Positions 48,169 through 58,181 of a DNA stretch of 64,000 nucleotides are shown here, in pieces. Position numbers and translations under genes: made by a program. Each line of letters opens with the position of its first letter. Position 1 is the first letter of the stretch. The notes beneath the pieces were generated by a model, which ran no database searches, was not told where the DNA came from, and worked only from the letters and a program-made list of their open reading frames with translations. The stretch lies in the sequence record OR805292.1. One strand, written 5' to 3'.

Positions 48169-50190
48169 ATGAAAAATTATTTGTTAACTGTACCTGTCAA
48201 TTCTAATGTAGATTATACTAAACTAGATATACACGATTTTGTTCCTGCAATAAAAGAATTAACAACTAGATTATTTTATAACACAGGCGTAACACTTCAA
48301 AAAGAAACTATTTTGTTTAATGATTTGGTAGTATCCGAAGATGCTAGTCGATTAGCATTTATTAATAGCATTTTGCATAATCTATTGAATACCTGCTCTA
48401 CTACTGAGTTAGAAAATATTGCAGATGAGTGTGATACTATTTGCACAGAATACTATAATAATTCTAGAATCGCATATTCTGAAAGAGAATACAATGCATA
48501 TAAAAATATAAAAAATAATGAATCGTATTTTTCAAGTCTAAAATATTATGAACAAAAATATGTGATTGATGCCATAGAATATTACGAAGAAGAATCTGAT
48601 ATTAATTTCTCGCATGATACAAAAATATACCTATCATCTTTATATTCGAAACTTAATAAAGCACAGCAGAATTTTTCTAATAATATAATAAAACATACTG
48701 CAAAAAACAGGTATTACTTTGAACACGATTTCCAAGTTGAAGGTATACCAGATAACATAAAAGATATAATGCGGGAGAATGCAAGGGCAGACGGCCATAA
48801 ATCCGGATATGTAGCCACAACTGAACACTACATCTACACAGCCATAATGCAATATTGTTCGTACGAGTATACTAGAAAAACAATGTTAGAAGCTTTTTAT
48901 GTAGCTAGTAACGGCGAATATAGCAATACAACTAATATAACAGATATTGTATCTATTAAATCTGAAATAGCAAAATTGTTTGGGTTTAGTACGTTTGCAG
49001 AAAAATCATTAAAGCATAAAATGGCAAAAACACCCGATAATGTATTTTCTGTATTAAATAAATTGAAAGACTTAGTAGTAGATAAAGCATTAGAAGAAGA
49101 AAAAGAACTTTTAACTTTCGCTAAATCTAAAGGATATCAACGACCTTCTGTCCGCGCCGCCGACAGAAATTATTATTCTACTATGAGATTAAAAGAAGAA
49201 TATAATTTAGACAAAAAGGTTATAGAAGAGTATTATACATATGCAGGTGTTCTTCCTTGTATATATGGTGTTATAAAAAAACTTTTTGATGTTACATTTG
49301 TAGAAGACCCTAATGCATCTGTATGGCATGAAGATGTTAAATGCTACAAGGTATTCGAAGATAGCAAGCATATTGCATATATTTTTATAGATCCGTTTTC
49401 TAGGAACGGAAAACAATCCGGGGCATGGATGAATGGTATTGTTAAAAGGGATTTTGCTTATAATACTACTCTACCGGTTGCAGTAATAGTGACTAATCTG
49501 TCAAAAACATCTATTACATTAGATGATGTACGTACACTCCTGCATGAATTTGGTCATGCATTACACCATGTACTTACTAAAGTAGAATTTCCTAATTATA
49601 ATGGAATTTCTGTAGAATGGGATGCAGTAGAATTGCCGAGCCAATTATTGGAAAATTGGATTAATGATAAAGAGCTTTTAATTGAAATGTCGTCTCATTA
49701 TTCTACAAAAGAAAAAATTCCAGAATATATAATTGATAACTGGTTAGCTATAGATAATTATATGGCTGCGTCTTCTTTAAGAACACAGTTATTGTATTCA
49801 TTAGTAGATATGAAAATTTTTAATAGCAATGCAACGACAGATAAAGATTGTATAGAAATTTTTAATGAAGTAGCAAAAGATTTAAAATTAAACATAGAAG
49901 ATAATCCGTTTATGCATTTGTTTTTATATTCGTTTTCTCATATATTTTCCGGAGGATATACAGCAGGTTATTATAGCTATTTGTGGGCAGAAATTATGTC
50001 AAGTGATGTTTATTTAGAATTTAAAAATAAAGGAATGTATAATATAGAATTTGCTAATAAAATTAAAAAAGATATTCTATATGCAGGTTCTATTAATGAC
50101 TTTGATGTAATGTATAGAACATTAATGGGTAGAGATCCTGACCCAGAATCTCTGCTAATAGTTAGGGGATTGCAGAATAGCAAAAAATAA
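48169..50190 (+). CDS. prlC: M3-family metallo-oligopeptidase (oligopeptidase A/Dcp-like)
   Basis: HEFGHALH, WDAVELPSQLLENW, HIFSGGYTAGYYSYLWAE. Confidence 0.93.
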   Translation: MKNYLLTVPVNSNVDYTKLDIHDFVPAIKELTTRLFYNTGVTLQKETILFNDLVVSEDASRLAFINSILHNLLNTCSTTELENIADECDTICTEYYNNSRIAYSEREYNAYKNIKNNESYFSSLKYYEQKYVIDAIEYYEEESDINFSHDTKIYLSSLYSKLNKAQQNFSNNIIKHTAKNRYYFEHDFQVEGIPDNIKDIMRENARADGHKSGYVATTEHYIYTAIMQYCSYEYTRKTMLEAFYVASNGEYSNTTNITDIVSIKSEIAKLFGFSTFAEKSLKHKMAKTPDNVFSVLNKLKDLVVDKALEEEKELLTFAKSKGYQRPSVRAADRNYYSTMRLKEEYNLDKKVIEEYYTYAGVLPCIYGVIKKLFDVTFVEDPNASVWHEDVKCYKVFEDSKHIAYIFIDPFSRNGKQSGAWMNGIVKRDFAYNTTLPVAVIVTNLSKTSITLDDVRTLLHEFGHALHHVLTKVEFPNYNGISVEWDAVELPSQLLENWINDKELLIEMSSHYSTKEKIPEYIIDNWLAIDNYMAASSLRTQLLYSLVDMKIFNSNATTDKDCIEIFNEVAKDLKLNIEDNPFMHLFLYSFSHIFSGGYTAGYYSYLWAEIMSSDVYLEFKNKGMYNIEFANKIKKDILYAGSINDFDVMYRTLMGRDPDPESLLIVRGLQNSKK

Positions 50191-50281
50191 TAAATTTTGC
50201 TGCATATATAAAAAGCTATGTAACGCTATGCTATTTGGCTTTTGTTGCATTTTATAGCACAAAAACACCATAAAAATAGCC

Positions 50282-50310
50282 TAGACAAGCAACTGTAAAC
50301 ACTGTATAAT
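50282..50310 (+). promoter_or_regulatory. sigma70-type promoter
   Basis: TAGACA-17 bp-TATAAT. Confidence 0.75.
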
Positions 50311-50337
50311 TGCTTTATTATAGTAAGGGATAAAATA

Positions 50338-50634
50338 ATGAACATTCATTTATCTTTTAAGGAACAACTTTCTAAGCTAATTGATGAAAACATAAATAAA
50401 TACCCCGATGCTATAGATTGGATAGTATCTCAAATGGCTTTAATAGATATTGAATCTAAAAAGACAAAAGCAGAATCTATTATGGAAGCTCTTATAGGTG
50501 ATACTGAATTTTTTAATAACCCTATAGAACAGGGTGGAAGTAATAAAGATTTTATAGTGTGGTATGTAACTAAATATAATTGTACTACTAAATACGCTAT
50601 AGAACGGTTACTTCATTATTGTAAACAGAATTAG
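50338..50634 (+). CDS. Hypothetical protein
   Basis: SD aaggga; follows promoter. Confidence 0.7.
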   Translation: MNIHLSFKEQLSKLIDENINKYPDAIDWIVSQMALIDIESKKTKAESIMEALIGDTEFFNNPIEQGGSNKDFIVWYVTKYNCTTKYAIERLLHYCKQN

Positions 50635-50750
50635 CCCTTAGGACCGCCAAATGTTTTGGCTTAAGGCGCACCGGTGCTGTATCGGAGCTTAGTGATTCGC
50701 TACCACAAAAGCATAAGCAGCTAGGAGACTTAAAACGTCTCCTATTTTTA
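50634..50750 (+). ncRNA. Candidate small structured RNA / attenuator
   Basis: Three GC-rich stems plus terminator taggagac/gtctccta followed by T6. Confidence 0.4.
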
Positions 50751-50761
50751 TATATACAGGA

Positions 50762-50956
50762 GTGAAGTATATGAATAGCGATTATGCCTCTATATTTATA
50801 GTAATATTTGCTATATTAGTTGTGTTTATTTGTAAACCGACAACATTTAATGAGCCTAAAAACATTATCGATACAAACAAAAGCAATGTAGCGAACGACA
50901 GTATTCCACTTACAGGAAACATTTCTAGAACACCGGGTATAGGTATAGGATTATGA
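50762..50956 (+). CDS. Small single-TM protein
   Basis: Hydrophobic N-terminal helix; ATGA-coupled to next ORF. Confidence 0.6.
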   Translation: MKYMNSDYASIFIVIFAILVVFICKPTTFNEPKNIIDTNKSNVANDSIPLTGNISRTPGIGIGL

Positions 50957-51105
50957 AAAAGAAAAACCCAATCGAGCGCAATCCAGTTGCACATCATGTA
51001 AACACATTTAACAAACCTAAAGTAGAAAAAGATAAGACAAAATACTCTAGGAAACAAAAACACAGGACTAGGAATAGTCCTGATTTTTTATGTATAATAT
51101 ATTGA
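50953..51105 (+). CDS. ArfA-like small basic protein (50 aa)
   Basis: Not in ORF track; MKKKNPIERNPVAHHVNTFNKPKVEKDKTKYSRKQKHRTRNSPDFLCIIY; YSRKQKH resembles the ArfA SYxRKxKH tail. Confidence 0.6.
   Translation: MKKKNPIERNPVAHHVNTFNKPKVEKDKTKYSRKQKHRTRNSPDFLCIIY
51063..51089 (+). terminator. Intrinsic terminator inside the ArfA-like ORF
   Basis: caggacta-GGAA-tagtcctg then a T6 run, ending 14 nt before the TGA. Confidence 0.8.
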
Positions 51106-51153
51106 CAGATATTGTATTTGGAATATACAATATGCATAACAAGGAGTGTTATT

Positions 51154-52272
51154 GTGGCAAAAACGAAACATATTTTTAAAGTTCCAGATTATTCTCTTTT
51201 AAAATTAGATTCTAAGACATATACTAAGGATTATAGGAATGCAATTTGGTATTTGCATTATGAAGCATCTGCTGCTACTCTTAAATCTGCAACACTAAAA
51301 TGGATTAAAAATAATACATCTTATGATGTAAAAGATTTATCTTCGTTGAGTGATTCTGATTTTTCTATTATCGGAAAATATTGTACTATACTAAATGCCG
51401 GCGGACAACTTCCTAGTCATGCTAATTTCGTCGAATCACACATAGACAAGATATTTCAATCTATCAAAAAAGAAGAAATTACAGAAATTGTCGAAGAACC
51501 AGAACCTAAAATAGAGCATGATAGTTGCAAAGTTAAAAAAATAAGTATACAGGATAGAATTAAGAGCCAGGCATATAAAGCTTGCGGAGAAATTGAAGGA
51601 TTAATAGATCAATTTTATAGTAATCCTAGTGAGTTTGTAGTATCCCAGCAAGAAATAGAATCCTTATTTAAAAAATCAGAAATAAAATCCCATCATGTAA
51701 AATATATTACCGAAATATATAGCACTAATAAAAAAGAATTAGAGGAGCTTTCGGCAGGAAAATCCGAACAGTTAAACGAAGGTTATAATTTTTTAACTAA
51801 ACGGGATATAAACAAAGCCATAAAGCTATTTAATTTAATTATAGAAACTGCGTCTAGTAGTAAAATAGTTACTGTTAAAAAACGAGCTAAAAAACAAAAG
51901 CCATTGGATATTTCTAAATTAGTTAAATCATTTAAATATTTAGAAAAAAGCACAGATCTTAACTTAGAAAGTATTAATCCTGTCCATATTGTTGGTGCAA
52001 AAGAAGTATGGGTGTTTAATACAAAAAGTAGAAAGTTAGGAAAATATATTGCTTTAGACACTACAGGTCTATCAATAAAAGGAACTACTATAACTAATTT
52101 TTCTGAAAAAAGTATAGAAAAAACTATTCGTAAACCAGAAGAATATTTTAAAAATATTAAGAAAATTTCTAAAAAGGCAAAAGAAAAATTATTTGTAGAT
52201 ACTAAATCTGTCGAAACTAAACTAAAAGGAAGAACAAACGAGCATTGTATCATTCTTGAGGTTATAAAATAA
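51154..52272 (+). CDS. Conserved hypothetical protein of T4-like phages
   Basis: GTG start after SD aaggag; TTGACA at 51102; C-terminal WVFNTKSRKLGKY...KT.RKPE motif. Confidence 0.7.
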   Translation: MAKTKHIFKVPDYSLLKLDSKTYTKDYRNAIWYLHYEASAATLKSATLKWIKNNTSYDVKDLSSLSDSDFSIIGKYCTILNAGGQLPSHANFVESHIDKIFQSIKKEEITEIVEEPEPKIEHDSCKVKKISIQDRIKSQAYKACGEIEGLIDQFYSNPSEFVVSQQEIESLFKKSEIKSHHVKYITEIYSTNKKELEELSAGKSEQLNEGYNFLTKRDINKAIKLFNLIIETASSSKIVTVKKRAKKQKPLDISKLVKSFKYLEKSTDLNLESINPVHIVGAKEVWVFNTKSRKLGKYIALDTTGLSIKGTTITNFSEKSIEKTIRKPEEYFKNIKKISKKAKEKLFVDTKSVETKLKGRTNEHCIILEVIK

Positions 52273-52307
52273 ATAGTGTTATCTATATATAGAGGCACTT
52301 TATAAAA

Positions 52308-53060
52308 ATGGCTACAAGTACAGCAAGAACAGAAATAAAGAAACAAATAATGCGAAGACTGGGAAATAGTATGACTGATGTAGAACTAGACCCAGAAGAT
52401 TTAGATTTAGCAATAGATTTTGCAATAGATAGATACCGCCAGCGTGCCGAAAATGCTTGCATGGAAAGTATGCTGTTTATAACTCTTCAAAGAGATGAAA
52501 CTGAATACACTTTACCTACTGAAGTTCAAGAAGTAAGACGATTATATCGTAGATCTGTTGGATCGGGAACATCTGGCGGTACTAACTTTGATCCGTTTGA
52601 ATCTGCATTTTCGAATATATTCTTTTTACAAGCAGGACGAACTGGCGGTCTAGCAACATGGCATCTATTTTCCGAATACCAAGAAACCTTAGGAAGAATA
52701 TTTGGATCTGAAATAAACTTTACATGGAACTATGCAGATAGAAAACTTACTATCATGCGAAAATTCCAAGGTGCCGAAACAGTATTGGTAGTTGTGTGGG
52801 TAGCAAAATCTGAAGATGTGCTTTTGACTGATGTATATAGTAGACCGTGGTTAAGAGATTATGCTATTGCCCAGTCTAAATATATGTTAGGTGAAGCACG
52901 TAGTAAATTTACTAATGGCTTACCAGGACCGAACGGTAGTGTTACTTTAAACGGCGATCAGTTAAAACAAGAAGCATTTGCTGAAATGGAACGCTTAGAA
53001 AACGAAATTATAAATTATACAACCGGAACATCGTTTGGTATGCCATTCATTATTGGATAA
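52308..53060 (+). CDS. Neck protein, gp13-like
   Basis: RLG....VELD, WLRDYAIA..K...GEARSKF...PGPNG..LNG. Confidence 0.85.
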   Translation: MATSTARTEIKKQIMRRLGNSMTDVELDPEDLDLAIDFAIDRYRQRAENACMESMLFITLQRDETEYTLPTEVQEVRRLYRRSVGSGTSGGTNFDPFESAFSNIFFLQAGRTGGLATWHLFSEYQETLGRIFGSEINFTWNYADRKLTIMRKFQGAETVLVVVWVAKSEDVLLTDVYSRPWLRDYAIAQSKYMLGEARSKFTNGLPGPNGSVTLNGDQLKQEAFAEMERLENEIINYTTGTSFGMPFIIG

Positions 53061-53064
53061 ATGG

Positions 53065-53706
53065 ATGATTATAGGGACGTTAGGATTTATTGGGTCAGGA
53101 AAAAATACTGTAGCAAAATATTTAGTTGAAAATCATAATTTTATACAGGATAGTTTTGCGGCAGCGTTAAAGGATTTACTGTCATCTACTTTTAGTTGGG
53201 ATAGAACGTTATTAGAAGGTACTACACCGGAATCTAGGCGTTGGAGAGAAACTACAGATACATGGTGGGCGACAAAGTTAGGTATACCTAATTTTACTCC
53301 TAGGTATGCAATGCAATATATAGGAACCGATGTATTACGGATGCATTTTAATGATAATTTATGGATATTAACATTAGAAAAGCGATTAGAATCATTTATA
53401 CAAAATAATAAGAATGTAGTAGTATCTGATGTAAGATTTAAAAATGAATATAATATGCTAAAGCAATATGGTACAAAGTTCATATATGTAGAAAACGTTA
53501 TCCCAGAATGGTATAATATTGCATTAGATTTAAATACATCAGATTATACTGATAAAGAAAAACAAAATATTATCGAGAATTCGTCATTAAAAGGTGTCCA
53601 TATATCTGAATGGGACTGGGTAGGATTGGGTTACGATGAGAAAATTATTAATAATAGTACACTGGAAGAACTGTTTCTAACTGTAGATAGTATTATTAAT
53701 AAATAA
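53065..53706 (+). CDS. Deoxynucleoside monophosphate kinase (gp1-like)
   Basis: IIG..GFIGSGK.TV, SFAAALK, PR..MQ.IGTDV.R, VVSDVRF.NE, HISEW. Confidence 0.92.
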   Translation: MIIGTLGFIGSGKNTVAKYLVENHNFIQDSFAAALKDLLSSTFSWDRTLLEGTTPESRRWRETTDTWWATKLGIPNFTPRYAMQYIGTDVLRMHFNDNLWILTLEKRLESFIQNNKNVVVSDVRFKNEYNMLKQYGTKFIYVENVIPEWYNIALDLNTSDYTDKEKQNIIENSSLKGVHISEWDWVGLGYDEKIINNSTLEELFLTVDSIINK

Positions 53707-53823
53707 TATAAATAGGGGCAATGCCCCTATTTTATTGAGTGTTATATCTGCAATGATTATTAAGTATGCGATAAATACTGATATCGTAATACTGTATAAT
53801 TCATAAAGGGAGATTATAACACA

Positions 53824-56463
53824 ATGGCAACTCTCATTTCTCCGGGTGTAAGTGTAACTATAACAGACGAATCTTTTTATGCATCGTCTGGTCCGGGAAC
53901 TGTACCGCTTATAATCATAGCAACTGCTCAAGATAAAACTGATAGTGCCGGTACTGGAATTGCACCGGGAACCACTAGACAAAATGCAGGTAGACTATGG
54001 CTAATTAGTTCTCAAAGAGAACTACTACAAACGTTTGGTGTCCCGACTTTTAAAACAGTCGGCGGAACTGCATTACACGGATATGAACTAAATGAATATG
54101 GATTGTTAGCAGCACATTCGTATTTAGGAATATCTAATAGAGCATATGTTGTGCGGGCAGATGTAGACACATCTCAGTTAGAACCGTCTGATACTGAGCC
54201 CACTGCTAATCCTGCAGACAACACCTATTGGTTAAACCCTACAAAAGTTGTGTCGGGGTTGTATGAGTCTAACGGCACTGACTGGGTAAAAGCAAATGTA
54301 TTCTATGCAACTGAATTTGACGCAGCTGGTCGCCCAGCAAATGTTCCGTCTAGTTACAAATATGCAATGTCAGTAGGACAAGCTGCTCCTAACGTAGAAA
54401 ATGCAATATATAGACGCAATATATCCGGCGCCTGGGTTTTAATTACTGCTAACGATAATACAGTTGTATATAATAAGGTATATCCTGTAGTAGGTGCTGT
54501 AGGGAATCTATGGGTAAACCTAAGGGAAACTTCATATGCATTGTCTAGATTCGATGCAAATGTAGGAAGTTTTGTATCCGTATCTACTCCTTTGTACAAA
54601 ACAAGCGATGATGCTACTGACGGTTTCGGAACTACACTACGCCAGGGCTCGGTGTTTGTGCAATATAATGCAAAAGGAACATTATCTAGTGCAGTTAATC
54701 CTGCAGTAACTGAACTACAACATAAGGTAAAAATACACAACGGTAACACTTTCACTGCTGTTTCTGTAACCTTAGCAGCAACTGGTCCTTATAGCGATAC
54801 ATTAGTATTAGGACGCTATAACGGAACATCAGTGACAGTTAACGCATCTGGTTCTAGCGTAGAGGCATTTGCTCAATCGTTAGGACAAGCTTTAGTTTCT
54901 AACGGTGTTACTGATATTTCAGTTAATTACAATACTGCCTCTAGAATGGTAGCGTTAGTTAACGATAGTGGAAAAGATATAATAGTTACATCATCTACTA
55001 TGTTTAGTGCCGGCATATATTCTAATTGGGTTCCACTAGAATATAGTTCTGCTGTAAAACAACCGTCCGGTCAATTAGATAACGGTACATTGTGGTACAG
55101 CACAGATTATAAAGTTGACATTCTAGTTAATGATGGCGTAGGAGCATGGACTGATTTAGCTGGCAGTTTATTTGTACAAAGTGCTGAACCTACTACTAAC
55201 GTAGCTGACGGCGATGTATGGGTAAGCACTTCGTCTGCAGGCAATTATCCGGTTATATATCGTAGGGTAAATAACCAGTGGAGATTAGTAGATAATACTG
55301 ATCAAACAACACCTAACGGTGTAATATTTGCTGATGCAAGACCTGTAAATTCCGGAGCATTAGATGCAGACGCCCCGGACGCACTTGCATATCCGCAGGG
55401 AATCTTGCTATTTAATACTCGCTATTCCACACGTAACGTTAAACAATGGCAAAATAATTATACCTTTGAAGGTAACGTTATAGGAGATAGATGGGTATCT
55501 GTTAGTGGTTTAAGATCGGATGGTTCTTTATACACCGGCGGCGAAGCAGTTAAACAAGTAGTCGTTCGTTCTATTGCTAGCACAATACAGGCTAATGAAG
55601 ATATTCGTTCTGAAAACGTGTTTTATAACCTAATTGCCGCGCCTGGCTATCCTGAACTAATAGACGAGTTAGTAGCATTAAACGTTGATAGAAAACAAAC
55701 TGCATTTGTTATAGGCGATTCGCCATTTACTTTGAGTGCAACTGGTACTAATTTACAAGAATGGTCTTCTAATTCTAAATTAGCAACAGAAAACGGTTCG
55801 GATGGATTAGTTACTGCTGATCCGTATTTAGGTGTATATTATCCGTCCGGGCTAAGTACAGATCTAAATGGTAATAATGTAGTTGTTCCTCCTAGTCATA
55901 TGTTACTTCGTACTATTGCGTATAATGACCAGGTTGCATATCCGTGGTTCGCTCCGGCAGGGTATCAACGCGGTATAGTGTCTAACGCAACTTCGGTAGG
56001 TTATATAAACAGCGAAGGTGAATTCGTTGCAGTTTCGTTAAATGAAGGACAGCGGGATACTCTGTATACTAATAATGTTAACCCAATATCGCAAGTGCCT
56101 AATAGAGGTATAGTAGTATGGGGTCAAAAATCTAGAAATCCAGTTACTTCGTCATTGGATAGAGTTAACGTAGCAAGATTGGTAAACTATGTTAGATATC
56201 AATTAGATTTGTTACTAAAACCGTTTGTATTCGAGCCAAATGATTCACGTACTCGTCAAGCAGTGCAGGTAGCAGTAGAAGCTTTCTTAAGCGAAATAGT
56301 AACATTACGCGGTATCACTGATTTCGTTGTAGACTGTTCTGATTCTAATAATACTCCGGATCGTATAGACAGAAACGAATTGTGGGTTGACGTTGCAATA
56401 GTGCCCACCCGTGCAGTTGAATTTATTTATGTTCCGATTCGTTTGCAAAATACTGGATCTTAA
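53824..56463 (+). CDS. gp18: Tail sheath protein gp18
   Basis: LISPGVSV, WFAPAG..RG, WGQKS, LDRVNVARL, FVFEPND, IVPTRAVEFIY. Confidence 0.97.
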   Translation: MATLISPGVSVTITDESFYASSGPGTVPLIIIATAQDKTDSAGTGIAPGTTRQNAGRLWLISSQRELLQTFGVPTFKTVGGTALHGYELNEYGLLAAHSYLGISNRAYVVRADVDTSQLEPSDTEPTANPADNTYWLNPTKVVSGLYESNGTDWVKANVFYATEFDAAGRPANVPSSYKYAMSVGQAAPNVENAIYRRNISGAWVLITANDNTVVYNKVYPVVGAVGNLWVNLRETSYALSRFDANVGSFVSVSTPLYKTSDDATDGFGTTLRQGSVFVQYNAKGTLSSAVNPAVTELQHKVKIHNGNTFTAVSVTLAATGPYSDTLVLGRYNGTSVTVNASGSSVEAFAQSLGQALVSNGVTDISVNYNTASRMVALVNDSGKDIIVTSSTMFSAGIYSNWVPLEYSSAVKQPSGQLDNGTLWYSTDYKVDILVNDGVGAWTDLAGSLFVQSAEPTTNVADGDVWVSTSSAGNYPVIYRRVNNQWRLVDNTDQTTPNGVIFADARPVNSGALDADAPDALAYPQGILLFNTRYSTRNVKQWQNNYTFEGNVIGDRWVSVSGLRSDGSLYTGGEAVKQVVVRSIASTIQANEDIRSENVFYNLIAAPGYPELIDELVALNVDRKQTAFVIGDSPFTLSATGTNLQEWSSNSKLATENGSDGLVTADPYLGVYYPSGLSTDLNGNNVVVPPSHMLLRTIAYNDQVAYPWFAPAGYQRGIVSNATSVGYINSEGEFVAVSLNEGQRDTLYTNNVNPISQVPNRGIVVWGQKSRNPVTSSLDRVNVARLVNYVRYQLDLLLKPFVFEPNDSRTRQAVQVAVEAFLSEIVTLRGITDFVVDCSDSNNTPDRIDRNELWVDVAIVPTRAVEFIYVPIRLQNTGS

Positions 56464-56564
56464 CATAAATTAGTAATGCAAAATAAAAAGGCACTTAGTG
56501 CCTTTTTATTTGACTACAAATTATATCTATAGTATACTATTGTTTAAAACTAAGGATTGCTTTT

Positions 56565-58181
56565 ATGTCTATTGTATGTAAAATTTGTAATAAATCATTT
56601 CCTAGTATGATTACAAGTACACATCTAAAAACACATAACATCACTACTGCAGAATACAAAGATCTTTATGGAAAATATTCTCTTGTATCAGATGAATATA
56701 GATCAAAGCGGTCAGAACAGTCATCTGGCATTAATAATCCTAATTATGGAAATAAATGGTCAGACAGCATGAAAGAATCTATGTCTAATAAAAAATCCGG
56801 AACTATTCCGTGGAATAAAGGCATAGAGTTACACGATACTACTATGTACGTGAAATCTGCAGAACAGAGAGAACTAAAGTACAAAGAAGGGATACTAACT
56901 AGGAAATCATATGTTAGAACTGTAGAAATAAATAAAAAAATTTCTGATAGTGTGAAGAAGTATGTTGCAGAAAATAAAGAAGAAGTAAAACAGAGAAGTG
57001 CCAAAGCAAAAGACACATATAGTACAAAGAAAACGTTAGGGTTAGTGCAAATACGAAAAGGATATAAGTTAACAAAATCACATAAAGAAATAGCTATACA
57101 AACATTAAACAATTATAGGGATTCTAAAATAGCTGAATCTAATAAACAAATAGAAAGTAATATATCTCTTGCAAATCTAACATTATTAAATGACATAAAT
57201 GAAAACAGCTTAGTGTTAAGGTGTAATATATGTAATAATGAATGTTCTTTTACAAAACAATATTTTAGAGCTAGTAAATTTAAAATAGAATTATGTCCTG
57301 TATGTTATCCTAGAAATAGTAATAGATCTGAAAAAGAAAAAGAAATAGAATATTTTATAACAAGTTTAGGTATTTCGTGTATAAATTCTGCACGTATAAA
57401 CAATAAAGAAATAGATATATTTTGTAAAGAATTAAATATTGGATTTGAATTTAACGGTTTATACTGGCATAGTGAGGATGTTTTAGAGTATTCTGGATAC
57501 AGTAAAACAAAAGATTACGAAAAGAAAATATTTTTTAGAGATAAAGGAATTAGATTAATTCAAATATTTGAAGATGAGTGGGACTTAAAGCAGGATATAG
57601 TAAAGAGTAGAATAAGAGCTATATTAGGAAAAACAGAACACAAAATATATGCAAGGAAATGTACTGTTAAAGAAATAAATTCTAAAGTTGCAAATGATTT
57701 TGTAGAAAAAACACATTTACAAGGTAAAGGTAGAGCAAATGTAAGATTAGGGTTGTATTATGACAACGAACTAGTTTCTGTAATGACATTTTTAAATAAA
57801 GATATTACTAATAAAACATCGAGTTGTCAAATAAATCGTTTTAGTGTAAAACATAATACATCTATCCCAGGCGCCGCCGGAAAATTGTTTGCTTACTATA
57901 TAAATAACTATAATCCATCTAGTGTTATTTCGTATGCAGATTCTCGCTGGTCCGACGGTAATTTATATGAACAGCTAGGATTTAAATTAGATAAACAGAC
58001 ACTCCCTAATTACTGGTATATAAAAGATAATGATCTTAAAAGATATCATAGATACAATTTTAGAAAAGATAAGTTGCCCGAAACTTTACTAACAGAAAAA
58101 GAATATATGGATAGTTTAGGATGGAATAGAATATGGGATTCGGGATCTACTAAATGGGTTTGGACAAATAAAGGGGCATAA
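56565..58181 (+). CDS. Free-standing homing-endonuclease-like gene (paralog of 22317)
   Basis: N-terminal CKIC...HLKTH Zn finger, NPNYG motif, EIDIF...GFEFNGLYWH, YARKC...HLQG...GAAGKLF...LGF; own TTGACT-17-TATACT promoter at 56510-56538. Confidence 0.8.
   Translation: MSIVCKICNKSFPSMITSTHLKTHNITTAEYKDLYGKYSLVSDEYRSKRSEQSSGINNPNYGNKWSDSMKESMSNKKSGTIPWNKGIELHDTTMYVKSAEQRELKYKEGILTRKSYVRTVEINKKISDSVKKYVAENKEEVKQRSAKAKDTYSTKKTLGLVQIRKGYKLTKSHKEIAIQTLNNYRDSKIAESNKQIESNISLANLTLLNDINENSLVLRCNICNNECSFTKQYFRASKFKIELCPVCYPRNSNRSEKEKEIEYFITSLGISCINSARINNKEIDIFCKELNIGFEFNGLYWHSEDVLEYSGYSKTKDYEKKIFFRDKGIRLIQIFEDEWDLKQDIVKSRIRAILGKTEHKIYARKCTVKEINSKVANDFVEKTHLQGKGRANVRLGLYYDNELVSVMTFLNKDITNKTSSCQINRFSVKHNTSIPGAAGKLFAYYINNYNPSSVISYADSRWSDGNLYEQLGFKLDKQTLPNYWYIKDNDLKRYHRYNFRKDKLPETLLTEKEYMDSLGWNRIWDSGSTKWVWTNKGA

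Noticed and set aside
50634-50720. tRNA gene
   Set aside because: No acceptor stem or CCA and no canonical TTCRA T-loop in cloverleaf spacing; no tRNA gene recognised anywhere in the window.
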